Assembly (NCBI GenBank): GCA_041665245.1
Contig: JBAYJF010000011.1
Span: forward strand, 1 to 23,247
Direction: 5' to 3'
Length of the DNA: 23,247 nucleotides
Origin: Candidatus Margulisiibacteriota bacterium
GTDB taxonomy: Bacteria; Margulisbacteria; WOR-1; O2-12-FULL-45-9; XYB2-FULL-48-7
The position numbers and the translations under genes were made by a program. The stretch's first letter is position 1, and each line of letters begins with the position of its first letter. The notes under the pieces are model-generated. The model did no database searches, was not told where the DNA came from, and worked only from the letters and a program-made list of their open reading frames with translations. Shown here one piece after another: positions 18,156-23,247 of the stretch.

Positions 18156-18229
18156 TGGCTGGGGGACAGGGGCTCGAACCCCGATTCTCGCCTTCAAAGG
18201 GCGGTGTCCTACCATTAGACGATCCCCCA
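18156..18229 (-). tRNA. tRNA-Gln (anticodon UUG), CCA encoded
   Basis: The 74-nt reverse complement is TGGGGGATCGTCTAATGGTAGGACACCGCCCTTTGAAGGCGAGAATCGGGGTTCGAGCCCCTGTCCCCCAGCCA. It has a 7-bp acceptor stem, anticodon loop CTTTGAA, a TTCGAGC T-loop, and UGGGG...CCCCAGCCA ends as in bacterial tRNA-Gln. Confidence 0.9.
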
Positions 18230-18241
18230 ACGCACTTCGTG

Positions 18242-18277
18242 CAAATAACAAATTCCAAATGAACAAATGACAAATTA
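18242..18277 (+). repeat. five phased CAAAT repeats (CAAATNN heptads)
   Basis: CAAAT begins at 18242, 18249, 18256, 18264 and 18271 (spacing 7, 7, 8, 7), immediately upstream of the tRNA-Gln 5' end. Confidence 0.6.
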
Positions 18278-18322
18278 TTGAATTAATATTTAATAAAAAA
18301 TATAAGCTGAAAGCATACATCC

Positions 18323-18350
18323 ATTTGACATTTGTAATTGGTCATTTGTC
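18323..18350 (+). repeat. inverted array of the same heptad (ATTTGNN x3 plus one ATTGG)
   Basis: ATTTG at 18323, 18330 and 18344, and ATTGG at 18337, all in 7-nt phase. 18340-18353 is the reverse complement of 18258-18271 apart from a 1-nt bulge. Confidence 0.6.
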
Positions 18351-18372
18351 ATTAATTAGTATATCCGTTTTG

Positions 18373-18402
18373 TTGAAATTTTTCCACTTTTTTGACGATA
18401 AT
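18373..18402 (+). promoter_or_regulatory. sigma70-type promoter TTGAAA-N18-GATAAT for the giant ORF
   Basis: -35 at 18373-18378, -10 at 18397-18402. ATG 18412 is 9 nt downstream. This is the same geometry as the rplU promoter. Confidence 0.5.
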
Positions 18403-18411
18403 ATAAGCGGA

Positions 18412-21400
18412 ATGGTAAATCAAATTGGCCCGCGGCCAACATTAGTACAAAGGCTTATAGCCCCCACAGTAACCTGGGGGTTGAGCCACATATTAACGTA
18501 TCCAAACCGGAAAGCGGTCGCCGGGAGCTTGCGCGAGTTAGCAATAGGTTTCACTTTTGAACAGCGGTCAGAATTAATTCACCTTCTCTTTGTTAACGGG
18601 GTCATCCAGACAAAATTTTCTTCTCTTTCTCCCGAAGAACTTCAGCATTATCATATTAAAAAAGACCTTCGTCTAAAAACATTAAGAACATTTATATATT
18701 ATTTTAATCGGTCCGATTCATTTCCGGAATACAAGATCCATTTCATCGGCGCCCAGTTTACGCTTGAAAAAGTTGAAGTCAAAGCCCCCGCAGCAGTTCC
18801 TGAAATAGAAGTAAACGCAACACAACCCAGTTTACAAATTAGTTTGCACAGAATATTTTATCACGCTAATCGCCCATTAAGCTTAAGGCAGATCCACGCT
18901 GAGCTCTCGAGCCCAGTTGAAGAGGGAGTCCCTGCAATTCAGGCATCTACAGAGGATATTAGTTTCTTTTTAGGAAGAATGATGGAAAAAGGGTCAATAT
19001 TAAGAACTTTCCCGGGAACAGACGATTTACCGCGGTTTTGCGCGTCATTCCTAGCAAAAAGATGGACAAATGAAGGGGTCCTCTGTCCCCTTTCTTATTC
19101 TGTTGAGGATGGAGACCATTCTGCAGCGATCTATCGGGGAGACGCTGAAGCTCATTGCCGAAAAGGAACCCTGCATAAAGTATTAACAATTGAAGGACAA
19201 CTGCTTTATGCCACGCCTTTATATATGCTTACCCATAAAGATGAATATGCTTTGCTATCTACAGGCAAGAAGGAAAAAGCAACGATCATCTTCTGCCAAG
19301 CAGCTGATATTCCGGTTCTTGTCGAAAAAGGAAAAATACTTCTCGGAAGAACAGACGAAGGACAAGAGATCAATATTCTTGCTGAACATCAACAAGCATA
19401 TCGATTTGAAATATTTAACATTTTTGCCCAAGAAGCATTGCACTCCGTCCCCGAAACTGACCAGGCCGCTACCTATCAAAGATTGCGGGTCGCTTTCAAT
19501 GCCGGATATCTGGCGCATGCCCCCACTTCAATTGACGCCTATATTTCTGAGGCACGATTAGTTAGAGGCATGGGCGGAGGAGACAATGCAATAACTATGG
19601 CTCTCCTGGGAGACAAAAAAGGAGTGGCGCAATTAAGGAAAGGAACGGTCTTCACTCCTGCTGAAATTGAAGTTCTTGATAGATCCTTTGATGCATTAAA
19701 CCTGCTCACGCATCTGCCTTTCCCATATAAACCGGGTTTTTCCCACTGCCTGCAGAATTTTCTCTATTTTCTTTACGATGCTTCCTTAAATTATGACGTT
19801 TACCTTCTAGTCCTCGCTAGAAAATACGAAGGGATGGTCAAACTTTCACAAACGGGAGGACAAATACCTGAATCTGTCGCGCTCGACATGGAGCTGGTCG
19901 TTGCTCCACAAGCTAAGAAGAGGGGGTTCCCATTTTTACACGATGAAGCATGCGACCTTCTGGCTCGCCAAGCAAACCCTGAAGGATACCAGCGCGCATC
20001 CGCCCAACTCCAAACTTTAGCCCAAATGCCGCTGGATAGGGCAAAGAGCCGCTTACATCAAACAGTTGATTCAATTAAAAAAAGAATGGTCAAAGAATTG
20101 GGGTTTCCGATATCGGTCAAATATAGAATAAAAGAGGTCTCATCGGCCATGCAAAAGGAAAGCATAGAAAGAGCCGAATTTTGCGACTTTTTTGGAGGAA
20201 GATTTATTTGCAGCACTTTAGCCGAAGCAAAGGCGGTCTCTGCCTGGCTATCAAATAACCTTATCCCCGTCGGGGAAGCTGATCTGCCACCCGGAACAAA
20301 AGGAGTTGAAGATAATCTTGAAACTCCCAGAAAAACCGGCTGGAAGGGATGGCGCGGCTATTTCTATGTCTCCGATAGAGATAGAATTTCTGAAGGTCCG
20401 ATAATTGCCTCTTTGCAAGTACTAACCACCGATATGGATAAAGCCGACCGCTTGGGAGAATACGGCCATTGGCTCTACAAATCGGTTCGGGCCTCAATAA
20501 AATGGGCTAAAGAGCTTGGTGCAAGATGGAAACAGCAGCTTTTTGATCCTGTCCCAGCAGATGCGTATTCTGGTATCCCATCAGAAGATTATCGCGTCGA
20601 TCAGGAAAGAGCGCAAAAGTATAACACGGTTTTTGTCCTCCCCCTCAAAGCTGGGGATGAAACTCCAAAAGATATTCAGTCCCTTTTTGCAGCAGGATCT
20701 CCGGCGATCTTGCGCCCTGGCAGGGAATCGCCGGTATATGATCTGGTAGCCTTTCGCTCTTTTGGAAATCTAATGACCGAATCGCATATCTGTGAGGTAT
20801 ATACCCTTTCGTATAGCAAAACACAGGGACGCATCGTTGCTGCTCCATATAAAAAAGGACAGGCCAGATGCGGTTTTAAAGAAAAACTCCCAAGGCACGC
20901 TTTTGTTATTATTAGGGAAGATCCGGCGGGAGGGAAACCGCTTGGCGATGCAGACCTCGCAGAGATCGTGAATAACAAATCCAGCTCCTTTCGAGCAGTT
21001 TTTCTCGCCAGGCTTGAACTTGAAAGAAGAAAAAGAAACCGAGGAAGCGTACAAATGACGCACGAAGTTGTAATTGGTAGCTTCTCACAAGTAGGTATCC
21101 AAAATCCGGCGGCAAGAAGATATTTCCTCACTGCTCAAAACGGCCGAGAAAAGATCCAGGAAGCACTCTCAAGGCTCGGGCTAAAAGACGAAATAGAACT
21201 CTTTGCAGCCATTGGTCTTGATCTTCTTGGCGAGACAAAAATCAAAGAGCTTCTTTCGATCTTCGATGCCAGAGAAGAACATCGCGCCGGGAACAACAAT
21301 ACTTACACGACAACAGTAACTGCCCCCAATCATCGGCAATTGATCCCAACCACATTGAGCGGATTAGAACAATTTGATATCATGCAATTATCGCTTGATG

Positions 21401-21849
21401 TGGAATCGCGCTCTTTAGGAGTAAATCCTGTAAAGATCACCATTCTGTCAAAACCCAAAGGAACGCTTGTTCAATATGGTCAAATAAAAGCAAAGCTTGA
21501 TAATCTAGGATCCGACCCCTTGTTCGCTTCACCGGTCCATGCCGCGGATGATCCATCTGTGTTTTATACGATCGAAGTCGGCCTTTCTACAAAAACCCCC
21601 ATTGCGAACTGGAACACGATTCACGAGATAACCTCCGCAATGCAGGCTTCATTCAGAAAAGGAGGTTTTGTTTCGGTAAAACTAGGAAACATATTGGAAG
21701 GAGAAAGCACGGGTTCTTTTGTTTTTCAGGTCCACGGAATTGATAGCCCTTCGGCAACCGAAAAAAAGATCTCCGAATCCGTTCGTGAATCGATCAGCCC
21801 ATTCTGGGACGCCGAGGAAGGCCGTAACTTTACGGTTACAGTAATTTAA
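18412..21849 (+). CDS. giant divergent RelA/SpoT-homologue (RSH)-like protein with a long N-terminal extension
   Basis: 1145 aa from ATG 18412. RSH synthetase-domain motifs lie at 20125-20157, 20185-20208, 20326-20370 and 20410-20481. A TGS-like segment lies at 20620-20928 and a GREKIQEALSRLGLK...ELFAAIG linker at 21139-21279. See findings. Confidence 0.7.
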   Translation: MVNQIGPRPTLVQRLIAPTVTWGLSHILTYPNRKAVAGSLRELAIGFTFEQRSELIHLLFVNGVIQTKFSSLSPEELQHYHIKKDLRLKTLRTFIYYFNRSDSFPEYKIHFIGAQFTLEKVEVKAPAAVPEIEVNATQPSLQISLHRIFYHANRPLSLRQIHAELSSPVEEGVPAIQASTEDISFFLGRMMEKGSILRTFPGTDDLPRFCASFLAKRWTNEGVLCPLSYSVEDGDHSAAIYRGDAEAHCRKGTLHKVLTIEGQLLYATPLYMLTHKDEYALLSTGKKEKATIIFCQAADIPVLVEKGKILLGRTDEGQEINILAEHQQAYRFEIFNIFAQEALHSVPETDQAATYQRLRVAFNAGYLAHAPTSIDAYISEARLVRGMGGGDNAITMALLGDKKGVAQLRKGTVFTPAEIEVLDRSFDALNLLTHLPFPYKPGFSHCLQNFLYFLYDASLNYDVYLLVLARKYEGMVKLSQTGGQIPESVALDMELVVAPQAKKRGFPFLHDEACDLLARQANPEGYQRASAQLQTLAQMPLDRAKSRLHQTVDSIKKRMVKELGFPISVKYRIKEVSSAMQKESIERAEFCDFFGGRFICSTLAEAKAVSAWLSNNLIPVGEADLPPGTKGVEDNLETPRKTGWKGWRGYFYVSDRDRISEGPIIASLQVLTTDMDKADRLGEYGHWLYKSVRASIKWAKELGARWKQQLFDPVPADAYSGIPSEDYRVDQERAQKYNTVFVLPLKAGDETPKDIQSLFAAGSPAILRPGRESPVYDLVAFRSFGNLMTESHICEVYTLSYSKTQGRIVAAPYKKGQARCGFKEKLPRHAFVIIREDPAGGKPLGDADLAEIVNNKSSSFRAVFLARLELERRKRNRGSVQMTHEVVIGSFSQVGIQNPAARRYFLTAQNGREKIQEALSRLGLKDEIELFAAIGLDLLGETKIKELLSIFDAREEHRAGNNNTYTTTVTAPNHRQLIPTTLSGLEQFDIMQLSLDVESRSLGVNPVKITILSKPKGTLVQYGQIKAKLDNLGSDPLFASPVHAADDPSVFYTIEVGLSTKTPIANWNTIHEITSAMQASFRKGGFVSVKLGNILEGESTGSFVFQVHGIDSPSATEKKISESVRESISPFWDAEEGRNFTVTVI
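20077..20499 (+). other. RelA/SpoT-type nucleotidyltransferase (SYNTH)-like domain
   Basis: RIKEVSSAMQK = RxKxxxSxxxK. DFFGGRFI = DxxAxRxI. GWRGYFYV resembles GYRSYHLVV. SLQVLTTDMDKADRLGEYGHWLYK aligns without gaps to EIQIRTxxMHxxAExGxAAHWxYK. Confidence 0.6.
20620..20928 (+). other. TGS-like domain with insertions
   Basis: VFVLPLKAGD...LRPGRESPVYDLVAF...GRIVAAPY...HAFVIIRE compared with RelA VYVFTPKGD..LPAGSTPLDFAY...GRIVPFTY...DQIEIIT. Confidence 0.4.
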
Positions 21850-22674
21850 TTACGCGGTTTTATAAAGCTCTCTGACAATCTGTTCTTCTTTTTCGGTAAG
21901 GATTTTCCCGCGCCTTTGCATTGTCGTCTTTACAGTCCCAATAAATTTTTCAATCTCCACTTTCCCCACATCTCCCCACGCAAAATTAGGCACAAATTTC
22001 GGCGTCACTCCTCCGCCCCAAACATTCGCCCCCACCCCGATCACCGAACCAGTATTGATCAAGGTTCCTATTCCGGTTTTTGCATAATCCCCGATGAAAC
22101 AACCCAGGAACTGCTGACCAGTATCTATGACCCCTTGCCCCTTCGACCCTTCGACACTTGCAACTTTTACTGTCCCATAATTATTTTTCAGGTTAGAATT
22201 TGTCGTCCCTGCACCAAGATTGACCCACTCCCCGATATACGAATGGCCGATAAAGCCGTAATGCGCTTTGTTGGAATAACCATGAAAGATCGAATGGGTC
22301 ACTTCGCCGCCGATCCGGCATTCGGGGCCAATATAGAGCGGCCCTCTTAAATAACTTTGCGGGCGAATGATCGTATTTTTACCGATATAGATCGGCCCGC
22401 TGCGTGCATCCAGCACGGCACAAGCTTCTATCTCTGCCCCATCTTCTATCACAACGTTTTCTGGAGAATAAATCACCGCCGAAGGATGAATTGACCCTTT
22501 GACCCCTTGACCCTTCGACCCTATGTCTTTTTCCAGATCCTCTTTTAAACTTACTATCAAATCCCATATATACTCGGGTTTTCTTTCAGTGTGCTCGGCT
22601 AATGTTTTTGCCCCGCAGCGCAAGTCTGCAACCTCGCGGGTGTAAGTCAGGGGATAGAAGTTTTCCTTCATCAT
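21850..22674 (-). CDS. left-handed beta-helix (hexapeptide-repeat) GlmU-like sugar nucleotidyl/acyl-transferase family protein
   Basis: 274 aa. N-terminal NFYPLTYTREVADLRCGAKTL resembles the alternative-GlmU-like family (TIGR03991-type). Hexapeptide repeats run through the C-terminal half. The start abuts the ackA stop. Confidence 0.65.
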   Translation of the reverse strand: MMKENFYPLTYTREVADLRCGAKTLAEHTERKPEYIWDLIVSLKEDLEKDIGSKGQGVKGSIHPSAVIYSPENVVIEDGAEIEACAVLDARSGPIYIGKNTIIRPQSYLRGPLYIGPECRIGGEVTHSIFHGYSNKAHYGFIGHSYIGEWVNLGAGTTNSNLKNNYGTVKVASVEGSKGQGVIDTGQQFLGCFIGDYAKTGIGTLINTGSVIGVGANVWGGGVTPKFVPNFAWGDVGKVEIEKFIGTVKTTMQRRGKILTEKEEQIVRELYKTA

Positions 22675-23247
22675 TTAATCGGCCTTTTTCTTAAAATTTT
22701 TGTCTTCGAAAGTATAAGTGAAATTGGTATGAACATCGTAACGGCCCTCAAGGATAGCGATCACGTCTTCAATAAAAACGATCTCCTCGTCCGTCGGAAT
22801 AACAAATACTTTTATCTTTGAATCTTCGGTTGAGATCTCGTTCTCTTTTTCACGGCTAACCGCTGCCGTATTTTTCTTCTTATCGATCGATATCCCCAGA
22901 TTTTCAAGTCCTTCCAGCGTCTTTTCTCTTAATTTCCAATTCAGTTCCCCTGCTCCGGCCGTGAAAACAATAGCATCCACTTTTCCCAACGCCGCAATAT
23001 AAGTTCCAATATATTTTCTTAAACGATAAGATTCGATCTCGATAGCCAATTTTGCGCGATGATCGCCGGCCTCGGCCACTTTTTCAATATCGCGTCGGTC
23101 CATATATTTACCCGTGATCCCAAGCAGTCCACTTTTTTTATTTAATATCGTGTCGATCTCTTCCGCATAAAAGCCTTCCTTTTCGATCATGAACAGGATT
23201 ATCGCCGGATCGATATCACCACAGCGGGTCCCCATCACCGCCCCTTC
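22675..23247 (-). CDS. ackA: acetate kinase, C-terminal part (5' end lies beyond the window)
   Basis: The frame stays open to the window edge. ...EGAVMGTRCGDIDPAII..., FTAGAGE and VFVIPTDEE are conserved acetate/propionate-kinase motifs. Confidence 0.88.
   Translation of the reverse strand, partial: EGAVMGTRCGDIDPAIILFMIEKEGFYAEEIDTILNKKSGLLGITGKYMDRRDIEKVAEAGDHRAKLAIEIESYRLRKYIGTYIAALGKVDAIVFTAGAGELNWKLREKTLEGLENLGISIDKKKNTAAVSREKENEISTEDSKIKVFVIPTDEEIVFIEDVIAILEGRYDVHTNFTYTFEDKNFKKKAD

Noticed and set aside
18325-18411. TTG start of the giant ORF given by the ORF track
   Set aside because: The TTG is part of a TTGACA/ATTTG repeat element in the AT-rich control region, and a promoter-like TTGAAA-N18-GATAAT lies downstream of it. 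ATG 18412 is the more plausible start. This is not proven.
18083-18411. tRNA-Gln as an integration site for a genomic island carrying the giant gene
   Set aside because: I found no integrase or recombinase, no duplicated tRNA 3' fragment in the window, and no obvious compositional break. This cannot be excluded without the whole genome.
19933-19956. FLHDEACD as the RSH hydrolase HD motif (LLHDxxED-like)
   Set aside because: It lies only about 60 residues before the RxKxxxSxxxK motif, whereas the HD dyad of long RSHs lies about 160 residues before it. The match is probably coincidental and should be re-examined with a profile alignment.

Overview
Gene-dense bacterial chromosomal segment. I saw no rRNA, CRISPR array, IS element or integrase, and the taxon cannot be assigned from the sequence alone. 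The left third (+ strand) is housekeeping: a B12-type radical SAM gene with a short DUF2344-like partner, rplU, rpmA, proB (no PUA domain), a sugar-binding lipoprotein and glmS. The middle (7.2-16.4 kb, + strand) is a glycan phosphorolysis cluster. It holds a 1042-aa distant GH94-clan phosphorylase-like protein, an unassigned 425-aa protein with arginase-fold-like metal motifs, a GH42-type beta-galactosidase, a classical ~780-aa GH94 disaccharide phosphorylase and a small membrane-anchored protein. The right third holds a 245-aa orphan (-), an exported beta-helix-repeat/multi-TM protein (-), tRNA-Gln(UUG) (-), a monocistronic 1145-aa ORF (+), an LbH (GlmU-like) gene and the 3' part of ackA (both -). 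The most interesting object is the 1145-aa ORF. Its central and C-terminal parts match long RelA/SpoT homologue (RSH) motifs one by one (RxKxxxSxxxK, DxxGxRxI, G(W/Y)RxY, GxxxHWxYK, then TGS-like and AAIG-helical segments). However, the catalytic synthetase Glu is replaced, no HD dyad is recognisable, and about 375 unassignable residues are added at the N-terminus. A second recurring signal is promoter -10 boxes placed 5-9 nt upstream of start codons with no Shine-Dalgarno sequence, which suggests leaderless or near-leaderless mRNAs. All functional calls rest on motif recognition by eye; no searches were run.
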